Assembly (NCBI GenBank): GCA_943350175.1
Contig: CALQZX010000005.1
Coordinates: forward strand, 150 to 64,149
Length of the DNA stretch: 64,000 nucleotides
Source of the DNA: Parcubacteria group bacterium
GTDB lineage: Bacteria > Patescibacteriota > Microgenomatia > UBA1400 > PJMF01
Direction: 5' to 3'
Shown: positions 56,138-64,000 of the stretch, piece by piece
Numbering within the stretch: the first letter of the stretch is position 1
Layout of the letters: the number at the start of each line of letters is the position of its first letter
Notes under the pieces: model-generated
The model's database searches: none
What the model was told of the DNA's origin: nothing
The model's input: only the letters and a program-made list of their open reading frames with translations
Translations under genes and position numbers: made by a program

Positions 56138-57397
56138 TTACTCTAAACTTTTTTTCGCTCCAAATAGAGCGACGGGCAGAGCAACTATTCTACCAAGTAA
56201 AATACCAGAGACTGCTCCGACCAAGCCATAACTCTTGCCGAGAAAAGTAATCCCAGCCACTACTAAAACCAAAGAAATAATCATGTGTAGATTTAAATAA
56301 AAATACTTCTTCTTGGCGATAATTAGAGCATAAGTCATATTGGCAATGGTATGTACGATGCCAGCTAGAGTCAGAATGCGTAAGATTGGAACAGCATCTA
56401 GCCATTCTTTACCAAGCAACAGATCGACCAAGAGTTTTGGAAAAAATATTAATGGTGCAGAAACAACCGAAACAATTAATAAGGTAGAAAATAACGATTT
56501 GTAAAAAGCTCTTTTGAGACGTTCTTTCTCGTGATTTTCAGTCATCTTATTAAAGATTGGAGTAATGCCGTGATAAGCTGATTTTGAAAGCTCATAATTA
56601 GCTTTATGACTCAAGGCATAGGCATTGTGGTAAATACCGAGTTTGTAAGTGCCGACTATTTTGCCAAGTAAAAAATCGTCCACATTGTCATTGAGATAAC
56701 TGAGCAAGCTACTTAAGCTCAGCCATTTGGCATTTTTGAAAATAGCCTCTCCTCTACTTTTGATGTAATGGAAAATTGGTTTTTCCTTCAACATCAAAAA
56801 GGATAGAATTACCTCAAAAATTGCGCCAATAATTACTCCAAGACAAAGAGCCCAGACGGAATGGAGGGCAAAGGCTAGCCCAATTTGAGCGATTGTCTCA
56901 ACTGTTATACGCAAAGATTTATAAAGACTATCTTTGGAAAATTCAAATTTTTTCTGCCAATTAACAATGGCTGGATTGATAAAGCCTTTAATAATTGGCA
57001 CAAGAGCGACGATTGCAATCATTTGAAACAAGTTTGGCTCGTTGTAATAACTGGCCATGAAATAACCCATCAAAATCATAATTGAACCAATGACAAATCC
57101 TCTAATAATGGCAATCACAAAAGCAGTGTCGAGAAAATATTTAACTGGCTGTTTTGATTGCAACATGGTGATGTTGACGCCAGTTTGGGTGATACTCTCG
57201 GTAGTCCCAAGAGCGATCATTACTAGGGAGAAAAGACCAAACTGCTCAGGGCCAAGTAATCTAGCTAAGATAAAAATCTTCAAAAAACTAAGAGAAGAGG
57301 TAAAAATTTTCTCCAGGGTTTGCCAGCTAAAACCAGCGATAGCGTGTTTTTGATAGGTCACAACTCTATTGTAAGTTAAAAATGATGCTGCTTGCAA
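56138..57397 (-). CDS. polysaccharide biosynthesis protein / Wzx-type flippase (MOP superfamily)
   Basis: Twelve to fourteen TM helices and the N-terminal region LSFLKIFILARLLGPEQFGLFSLV, typical of Polysacc_synt. Confidence 0.6.
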   Translation of the reverse strand: MQAASFLTYNRVVTYQKHAIAGFSWQTLEKIFTSSLSFLKIFILARLLGPEQFGLFSLVMIALGTTESITQTGVNITMLQSKQPVKYFLDTAFVIAIIRGFVIGSIMILMGYFMASYYNEPNLFQMIAIVALVPIIKGFINPAIVNWQKKFEFSKDSLYKSLRITVETIAQIGLAFALHSVWALCLGVIIGAIFEVILSFLMLKEKPIFHYIKSRGEAIFKNAKWLSLSSLLSYLNDNVDDFLLGKIVGTYKLGIYHNAYALSHKANYELSKSAYHGITPIFNKMTENHEKERLKRAFYKSLFSTLLIVSVVSAPLIFFPKLLVDLLLGKEWLDAVPILRILTLAGIVHTIANMTYALIIAKKKYFYLNLHMIISLVLVVAGITFLGKSYGLVGAVSGILLGRIVALPVALFGAKKSLE

Positions 57398-58017
57398 GCC
57401 ACCTTCGCAAAGTAGTAATATTAGCTCTTATGAGCAGTACAGTTGAAAAAATTGGAGCCACTTTTCTTGATTTGATAGAGACCATGGCTATTTCCTTCTC
57501 TATTTTTTTAGTCGTTTATTTGTTTTTCTTACAGCCACATCAAGTTAATGGTCAGTCGATGGTGCCAAACTTTCAAAGTGGTGAGCATGTTCTAACTGAT
57601 AAAGTAACTTTTAAAATGAGAGATCCACAAAGAGGCGAGATAGTTGTTTTTCATGCTCCGCCAGATGCACACTGTCCAGAAGGAACGGGCTGTGATTTTA
57701 TCAAAAGAGTGCTTGGGGTTCCTGGAGACACAGTTGAGGTAAAAGAGAACGCCATTTGGGTAAATAGTGAAAAGCTACCAGAGCCATACATTCCAAGTGA
57801 TTATTTGATCTTGCCAGGTAATGCCACCAAGGGTAAAGGTGTTTATTTGGGTCCTAATGAATACTTCGTTTCTGGAGATAATAGACCTTATTCTAGTGAT
57901 TCTAGAGCCTGGGGAGCAATTACTAAGGATATGATTGTTGGGAGAGTTTTCTTTAGATATTGGCCTGTGGTCGCCATTAGTACGGTTGGCAAAGCTAGTT
58001 ATCCAGAACCATTTTAA
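57382..58017 (+). CDS. lepB: signal peptidase I
   Basis: Catalytic Ser box GQSMVPNF, Lys box KRVLGVPGD, and the GDNRPYSSDSRAWG box. The start is probably the ATG at 57430. Confidence 0.8.
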   Translation: MMLLASHLRKVVILALMSSTVEKIGATFLDLIETMAISFSIFLVVYLFFLQPHQVNGQSMVPNFQSGEHVLTDKVTFKMRDPQRGEIVVFHAPPDAHCPEGTGCDFIKRVLGVPGDTVEVKENAIWVNSEKLPEPYIPSDYLILPGNATKGKGVYLGPNEYFVSGDNRPYSSDSRAWGAITKDMIVGRVFFRYWPVVAISTVGKASYPEPF

Positions 58018-58756
58018 AGTCTTCTGCTTGAAGTTTAATGCCTCTTTTCACGTGAAATTTACCAATTTTAAGACGTCTCAGAATACTGACATTTGCTCCA
58101 CATTCTAATTTTTTGCCAATGTCTTGAATCAAGGAACGAATATAGGTGCCACTTGAGCAGGCAACTAGCAATTCAAAACTAATTTCTTCATTTTTCACGT
58201 CTTTTTTGAATTTTTTTAAAGCAATTTTCTTTATTTCAATTAGCCGACTAGGCAGTTCAATAGTCTCGCCTTTTCTGGCTTTTTGATAAAGCTTCTGTCC
58301 TTTGATTTTAACTGCGGAAAAAATTGGGACGGTTTGTTGAATTTCTCCTTTAAATTGCTTTATTATTTTACCTAAGTCGGCTTTCTTTATGTCCTTAAGC
58401 TGTTGCCAATCTGTTTGGTTGACGATTTTACCAGTCTGATCGTAAGTGTCAGTTTCGATGCCAAGCCTAGCAGTTACTAAATACTCTTTATCTTTTTTCA
58501 AATAAAGACTTTGCTCTCTGGTGTATTCTCTACCGACCAGAATAATTAACAGACCAGAGGCAAGCGGATCTAAGGTGCCACAATGACCGATTCTTTTAAT
58601 CCCACTTATTTTTCTGAAATAATTAACCACGTCATGGCTACTTGGGCCACTCGGCTTATCTACCAAATAAACACCTGGTTTGATATCTAGCACGTTTGAC
58701 ATTATAGACCTTGTGCTAAAATGATTGCAGATCATGAATCTAGAACAACTTTTCAA
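57995..58756 (-). CDS. truB: tRNA pseudouridine(55) synthase TruB
   Basis: GHCGTLDPLASGLLIILVG catalytic-Asp motif. The start is probably the internal Met at ~58702. Confidence 0.85.
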   Translation of the reverse strand: MKSCSRFMICNHFSTRSIMSNVLDIKPGVYLVDKPSGPSSHDVVNYFRKISGIKRIGHCGTLDPLASGLLIILVGREYTREQSLYLKKDKEYLVTARLGIETDTYDQTGKIVNQTDWQQLKDIKKADLGKIIKQFKGEIQQTVPIFSAVKIKGQKLYQKARKGETIELPSRLIEIKKIALKKFKKDVKNEEISFELLVACSSGTYIRSLIQDIGKKLECGANVSILRRLKIGKFHVKRGIKLQAEDFKMVLDN

Positions 58757-59696
58757 GCAAAATTTCCCTTCTTTTGATTTTATTTTTGATTATCCTTTGG
58801 CAAATAAGAGCTATTTCAAAATAGGTGGCAACGCTGAAGTTTACTACGCTGCCAAAAATCGCCAAGAAGTCATTGATCTGCTTGTTTTCTGCAAAAAACA
58901 AAACATCAAATACAATATTTTAGGTGGAGCCAGCAATATAATTATTGCCGATGAAGGCTTGACTGGTTTGGTGATTGGTTTTGATTTTAATGAATTAAAA
59001 ATTGTTGAAGAAACGCAGGACAAAATAATTTGTCAAGCTGATGCTGGCATTAAAACCTCTGTTTTAGTTGCCAAAATAGCTGCCAAAGGTGGCAGCGGCC
59101 TAGAGGGTTTCATTGGTGTGCCAGGAGTTTTAGGAGGAGCGATCTATAACAATGCGCATTATTTAAAAGATTTAATCAGTGACAACTTAATCCAGGTTGA
59201 AGTTTTTGATTTAGAAAAAGAAGAGATTTCTTTATTCACACGTGAAAAATGCCAGTTTGCTTATGAGCAGTCTATTTTCCAAACGAACAAGAGCCTTCTT
59301 ATATTATCCGCATATTTTGAGTTAAAAAAAATATCTCCAGATATAGCTAAAGAAAAAGTGAGAGCTGCCATAGAAAAAAGAGAGCTGACTCAGCCTTTGG
59401 ATCTGCCAAGCTGTGGCTGTGTTTTTCAAAATCCTGCAAATAATGAACAGTTGAAGAAGCTTTTCCCCCAGTTCAGTGAGGCGGAATTTGTGCCAGCAGG
59501 CTTCTTAATTGATCAAGCTGGACTAAAAGGCAGTAAAGAGGGCGATGTGCAGGTTAGTGAAAAGCACGCTGCCTTTTTTGTTAATCTTGGCCAAGGTAAA
59601 GCAGAGGACGTGAAAAAGTTAATTCACAGAGTCAAGACGGTGGTTTTAGAAAAATTTAATGTTATTCTAAAGGAAGAAGTTTTTTATTTAACTTAA
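58725..59696 (+). CDS. murB: UDP-N-acetylenolpyruvoylglucosamine reductase
   Basis: FAD-binding domain (IGGNAEVYY…ILGGASNII) and MurB C-terminal domain. Confidence 0.85.
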   Translation: MQIMNLEQLFKQNFPSFDFIFDYPLANKSYFKIGGNAEVYYAAKNRQEVIDLLVFCKKQNIKYNILGGASNIIIADEGLTGLVIGFDFNELKIVEETQDKIICQADAGIKTSVLVAKIAAKGGSGLEGFIGVPGVLGGAIYNNAHYLKDLISDNLIQVEVFDLEKEEISLFTREKCQFAYEQSIFQTNKSLLILSAYFELKKISPDIAKEKVRAAIEKRELTQPLDLPSCGCVFQNPANNEQLKKLFPQFSEAEFVPAGFLIDQAGLKGSKEGDVQVSEKHAAFFVNLGQGKAEDVKKLIHRVKTVVLEKFNVILKEEVFYLT

Positions 59697-59753
59697 GTTT
59701 TTGCACTTTAAATAAAGTCACGCTCGACGAAAATTATTTATAGAAAGAAAATT

Positions 59754-61085
59754 ATGAGCAAGGCAAGTTTTGTAGTTACTGGCGGTACTCCACTTTATGG
59801 TTCAGTCAGAGTTGGTGGAGCCAAAAATGCTTCATATAAGCTAATGATCGCGGCTCTACTTGGTAGTAAAGAAAGTCGCCTGCTTAATTTACCTGATATC
59901 TCAGATGTTGATCTGGTGGCTCAAATTATTAATGAGCTGGGCGCCAAGGCTTATCGAGTTGGTGAGCGTACTTTTTTTATCGATACTCGCAACCTTCGCT
60001 TTTCAACAGTTCAGGCAAAACATGGCGAACAATCCCGTGCTTCTACCCTTTTCATACCAGTTTTATTGGCCAAATTTGGTCATGCAGAGGTTCCCCTGCC
60101 TGGTGGAGATAAAATCGGCAAACGTCCTTTAGAGCGCCACATGATGGGCCTAGAAATGATGGGCGCTAAGTTTTCTCAGGAAAACGGAGTTTTAGTGGCA
60201 ACTTGCAAAGAACTCGTTGGCTGCACTTATCGATTTGAAAAAAATACCCACACTGGCACTGAAACTTTGATCATGGCTGCAGTTTTGGCTAAAGGCAAAA
60301 CCATTCTCGAAAATGCCGCTGAAGAACCAGAAATTGACGACTTAATTTCCTTTCTCAATCAAATGGGAGCCAAAATTCGCCGTCGTTCTTTCCGTAAAAT
60401 CGAAATTGATGGCGTTGAAAAACTCGATGGAGCGATTCACAAAATTATGCCAGATCGCAACGAGGCGGTTAGCTATGCTTGTGCAGCCATTGCTACTAGA
60501 GGTGACATCGTGGTGGAAAACGCCAGACAAAAAGATCTCAAAGCTTTCTTAGACAAGTTGGATGAAATTGGCGCTGGTTATGAAATTGGTGACTATGGCA
60601 TTCGCTTCTACTACAAAGGCCCAATGAGAGCTACAGATCTGGAAACAGAAATTCATCCTGGCTTTATGACTGATTGGCAGCCTCTTTTTGCCACTCTGCT
60701 CTGTCAATGTCATGGTGAAAGCATTATTCACGAAACAGTTATGCAAAATCGTTTTCAATATGTTGAGGATTTGCGAGCTATGGGGGCGAAGATTGAATAT
60801 TTTAATCCAACCGTCAAAAATCCTGATGATTTTTATAATTTTAACTGGCAAGATCATAGTGAAAATGATCGACACGCCATTAAAATTTCTGGCCCTACTG
60901 ATTTTAAAGGCGGTGAGTTCACGATTCATGATTTGCGAGCCGGAGCCACCATTCTTTTGGCAGCCATTGGTGCCAAAGGACAGACCACATTGCACAACAT
61001 TGAACAAGTTGAGCGTGGCTACCAAAAAATAGATGAGAAATTGATTTTAATGGGTGCTAAGATAGAAAGAGTTATATCGCAGTAG
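59754..61085 (+). CDS. murA: UDP-N-acetylglucosamine 1-carboxyvinyltransferase
   Basis: VRVGGAKNASYKLM, the EPSP-synthase fold repeats, and a catalytic Cys-region equivalent. Confidence 0.9.
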   Translation: MSKASFVVTGGTPLYGSVRVGGAKNASYKLMIAALLGSKESRLLNLPDISDVDLVAQIINELGAKAYRVGERTFFIDTRNLRFSTVQAKHGEQSRASTLFIPVLLAKFGHAEVPLPGGDKIGKRPLERHMMGLEMMGAKFSQENGVLVATCKELVGCTYRFEKNTHTGTETLIMAAVLAKGKTILENAAEEPEIDDLISFLNQMGAKIRRRSFRKIEIDGVEKLDGAIHKIMPDRNEAVSYACAAIATRGDIVVENARQKDLKAFLDKLDEIGAGYEIGDYGIRFYYKGPMRATDLETEIHPGFMTDWQPLFATLLCQCHGESIIHETVMQNRFQYVEDLRAMGAKIEYFNPTVKNPDDFYNFNWQDHSENDRHAIKISGPTDFKGGEFTIHDLRAGATILLAAIGAKGQTTLHNIEQVERGYQKIDEKLILMGAKIERVISQ

Positions 61086-61097
61086 GCATGAAACTAT

Positions 61098-62141
61098 ATG
61101 GGATCATTAGCACTTTTTCTTGGTATATTAATTTTTTCTTTCACTTTAACTAGCAGTGCGGTAGTACCTTTCATTAATTTGCTTTATCAATTGCGTTTTC
61201 GTCGCGCCAATCAGGAAACTTTAGATGCCTTTGGTGACAGAACGCCTATTTTTGATAAGTTCCACTCTGGAAAAGCTGGCGTCCCAGTAGGCGGCGGTCT
61301 ATTAGTGGTAATGATGGTTTCTTTACTCTTCGCTACTATGATTCCTGTTCTGCACTACTTCGGCATTGATGTGACCAGCATTCATCGCAATTCTCAGGCA
61401 GAGGTAAATATTTTGTTTTTCACCTTTTTATCTTTTGCGATTTTGGGATTGTATGACGATATAAAGAAATTTTTTCATTTTGACGATAGTAAGTTTTTTG
61501 GTTTGCGTATGCGTCAAAAATTGATTTTACAAATAGCTTTGGCAGTTATTATTTCTTGCATGATTTATTTTCAGCTGGGAATTTCTATTTTACACGTGCC
61601 TTTTATCGGCACGCTTAATTTGGGTTATTTTTACATTCCTTTTGCAACTTTTGTCATTGTTGCTTTTGCCAATGCAGTCAATATCACCGATGGTTTGGAT
61701 GGCTTGGCAGCTGGAGTCTTGATGTTTTCATTATTTGGCTTGTGGGTTCTATCGTCAACAATTTTAGATGTGCCTTTGTCCGTTTTTATTGCTCTTTGGC
61801 TTGGTTCTTTAATATCTTTTCTATACTTTAATGTTTTTCCAGCCAGAATTTTTATGGGTGATGTTGGCTCAATGGCTTTTGGAGCCACTTTGGCGGTGAT
61901 TGGTTTATTGCTTGGTAAGATCTTGGCGCTTTTTATCATTGGTTTTATTTTTGTGATTGAAATAACTACTTCTTTGGCTCAATTACTTTCTAAAAAGTAC
62001 TTAAAAAAGAAACTTATGCCTGCCGCTCCATTCCACCTAACTTTGCAAGAAAGAGGTTGGGTCGAGCCAAAAATTGTCCAGAGAGCCTGGTTGATTCAGA
62101 TCATGCTGACAATTTTTGGAGTTTGGCTGGCGGTTATTTAA
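61098..62141 (+). CDS. mraY: phospho-N-acetylmuramoyl-pentapeptide transferase
   Basis: NAVNITDGLDGLAAG and the DD..K motifs. Ten TM helices. Confidence 0.9.
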   Translation: MGSLALFLGILIFSFTLTSSAVVPFINLLYQLRFRRANQETLDAFGDRTPIFDKFHSGKAGVPVGGGLLVVMMVSLLFATMIPVLHYFGIDVTSIHRNSQAEVNILFFTFLSFAILGLYDDIKKFFHFDDSKFFGLRMRQKLILQIALAVIISCMIYFQLGISILHVPFIGTLNLGYFYIPFATFVIVAFANAVNITDGLDGLAAGVLMFSLFGLWVLSSTILDVPLSVFIALWLGSLISFLYFNVFPARIFMGDVGSMAFGATLAVIGLLLGKILALFIIGFIFVIEITTSLAQLLSKKYLKKKLMPAAPFHLTLQERGWVEPKIVQRAWLIQIMLTIFGVWLAVI

Positions 62142-62149
62142 CTGCCAAT

Positions 62150-63226
62150 ATGTCATCGTCTTCTAAACTTTTTCTCGGCCTAATCATTTTCCTTTCTTTG
62201 CTTGGATTATTTTTTGTTTTTGAAGCTTCTACTGTAGAAAGTTTCAAATTATTTGGTCATCAGTACTATTTTTTCAGACAGCAAGCTCTGTGGCTAACCT
62301 TGTCTTTTGTGGTGCTATTTTTGGCTAGCAAATTTAAGGTCAGCTTTTTTGAAAAATATGCTTTGCAAATTTATGCTTTTGCGGTTTTACTCCTTATTTT
62401 AACCTTGATTCCTGGCATTGGCCTGAAGCTCAATGGCGCTCGCCGTTGGATTGCTTTGCCTTTTGGAACTTTGCAAACGGTGGAGGTTTTTAAGTTTGTT
62501 TTGATCAGTTTTTATGCCTATCTTTTGTCAAAGAAATTAGATTTAGGCAGTTTCTTATTTTTTCTATTTTGGCCGATTCTTTTGGTTTTATTACAACCAG
62601 ACTTCGGTTCATTGATGGTCTTAGTAGCCAGTAGTATTATCATGTATTTCTTGGCTGGTGGAGAAATAAAAATTCTATCAATTATTTTTGGGGGCGGATT
62701 TTTATTAGCGCTTTTGGTAGTTATATTTAGTCCTTACAGAAGAGAAAGATTGACCACCTTCTTAAATCCAGAAGAAAATATTCAAGGGGATTCTTATCAT
62801 GTTCGCCAGATTACTTTAGCTTTGGGCGGCGGATCTTGGTTTGGTAGGGGCATCGGCAACTCTCAACAAAAATATTCTTATGTGCCAGAAGCAAGCAGTG
62901 ATTCGATCTTTGCTATTGTGGCAGAAGAAGTTGGTTTTGTCGGTTCTTTCTTGATCATTTGTGCTTTCATTGCTTATTTCATTGCAGCCAATTCAATGGT
63001 TAAAAATAAAGTTTTGAGTAAATATGAATATCTGCTTTATTATGGAATTTTGGGTTGGATAGCAATTCAATTGCTGTTTAATTTATCGGCAGTGGTTGTT
63101 TTGCTGCCGCTTAGCGGCATGCCTTTGCCGTTTTTCTCTCAGGGCGGCTCGTCTCTTTTGATGTCATTTTTTGCAAGTGGGGTTTTACTCTCAATCGCTT
63201 CCCATGCTAAGATTAAAAAGTCATGA
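62150..63226 (+). CDS. ftsW: SEDS-family peptidoglycan glycosyltransferase FtsW/RodA
   Basis: Ten TM helices with SEDS motifs (RRWIALPFGTLQ…, FSQGGSS). Start set to the first ATG after the mraY stop (the track start at 62057 overlaps mraY). Confidence 0.85.
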   Translation: MSSSSKLFLGLIIFLSLLGLFFVFEASTVESFKLFGHQYYFFRQQALWLTLSFVVLFLASKFKVSFFEKYALQIYAFAVLLLILTLIPGIGLKLNGARRWIALPFGTLQTVEVFKFVLISFYAYLLSKKLDLGSFLFFLFWPILLVLLQPDFGSLMVLVASSIIMYFLAGGEIKILSIIFGGGFLLALLVVIFSPYRRERLTTFLNPEENIQGDSYHVRQITLALGGGSWFGRGIGNSQQKYSYVPEASSDSIFAIVAEEVGFVGSFLIICAFIAYFIAANSMVKNKVLSKYEYLLYYGILGWIAIQLLFNLSAVVVLLPLSGMPLPFFSQGGSSLLMSFFASGVLLSIASHAKIKKS

Positions 63227-64000
63227 AAATCTTAATGAGTGGTGCTCACCTAACTCCTGCTTTGGCGATGATTGATTTCATCAAGGCAAGTCACCCTGAG
63301 CACGAAATTTTGTTTGTAGGGCGTTTGTACAGCCAAGAAAAACTTGCTCAGAAGGCGGTTGAAAAGGAAGAAGTAGAAAAACGTGAGGTCAAATTTATTC
63401 CTTTTTCCGCTGCTAAATTTGTTAATTATTCTCTCCTCTCTACAGTTGCTACTTTTTTATCTTTTCCCAAAACTGTGGCTGATGCGCGTAAAATTCTAGT
63501 TAGAGAAAAAATTGATCTTTTTCTTTCTTTTGGTTCTTATCTGGCTGTGCCCTTTGCTTTGGCAGCTAAAAGTCTCGGTATTGCTGTGGTTACTCACGAG
63601 CAGACAGTGGTGATGGGCAAAGCCAATCAATTTATTGCCACTATCGCTGACAAAGTGGCAGTTTCTTATCAAGAGACGGCTAAATATTTAAAAAGAAAAG
63701 ACTTTGTTCTGACGGGGAATCCAGTCAGAGCTAGAATATTTGCCAAAGATTTGGCAAAACCAAGTTGGTTGCCAAAAGAAGCAAAAAATATTTTATTAAT
63801 TATGGGTGGCAATCAGGGTTCTTTTGTGATCAATGACTGCATTCAAAACAATCTTGTAGCTCTTCTTGAAGATTATCTAATAATTCACCAATGCGGCAGA
63901 GCTAATAAAATAAAAAATTCTTCTAAGCAACTGGAAAAATTCAAAGAAAATTTACAAAAGGATCTACAAGAAAAATATTTTATTAAAGAATGGATTGAAG
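63223..64000 (+). CDS. murG: UDP-GlcNAc:lipid I GlcNAc transferase MurG (3'-truncated by window edge)
   Basis: MKILMSGAHLTPALAM… has the GT28 N-terminal domain signature. Overlaps the ftsW stop by 4 nt. Not in the ORF track because it is partial. Confidence 0.8.
   Translation, partial: MKILMSGAHLTPALAMIDFIKASHPEHEILFVGRLYSQEKLAQKAVEKEEVEKREVKFIPFSAAKFVNYSLLSTVATFLSFPKTVADARKILVREKIDLFLSFGSYLAVPFALAAKSLGIAVVTHEQTVVMGKANQFIATIADKVAVSYQETAKYLKRKDFVLTGNPVRARIFAKDLAKPSWLPKEAKNILLIMGGNQGSFVINDCIQNNLVALLEDYLIIHQCGRANKIKNSSKQLEKFKENLQKDLQEKYFIKEWIE

Overview
AT-rich, gene-dense bacterial chromosome segment with short genes and short overlaps. The gene content suggests a Candidate Phyla Radiation / Patescibacteria-type organism (inference): class I LysRS, split transketolase, a Gram-positive-style T4SS-like cluster, and partial tatA/tatC. 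Housekeeping blocks called from the sequence include greA, lysS (class I), serS, secA, fpg, tktN/tktC, dnaE, gatCAB, htpX, lemA, lepB, truB, and a murB-murA-mraY-ftsW-murG block. There are three tRNAs: Asp-GTC, Gly-CCC and Thr-CGT. Accessory content, in window order: (i) a cassette of phage tail-fibre/tailspike-like surface proteins (868-3757) lying between two inverted tatA paralogs; (ii) a T4SS-like cluster (4270-9416) with two pilin-like proteins, a VirB6-like protein, a split VirB4 and an M23 peptidase, followed by a 791-aa membrane protein and a minus-strand three-gene operon containing a PLD/Nuc-type nuclease; (iii) a block of stacked hairpin repeats at 12886-13131; (iv) the most interesting region, an ~8.6 kb putative integrated island between tRNA-Asp and tRNA-Gly (42762-51471). 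In this island a large serine recombinase ORF reads antisense through the 3' half of tRNA-Asp. The island also carries an ~800 bp AT-rich spacer, an XRE regulator, a GHKL/MORC-like ATPase two-gene cassette (46268-48495) and a divergent 726-aa protein with an embedded sigma-70 region-4-like HTH. This block is a candidate phage-defence locus that I cannot match to a named system. No CRISPR array, rRNA, or IS transposase was found.
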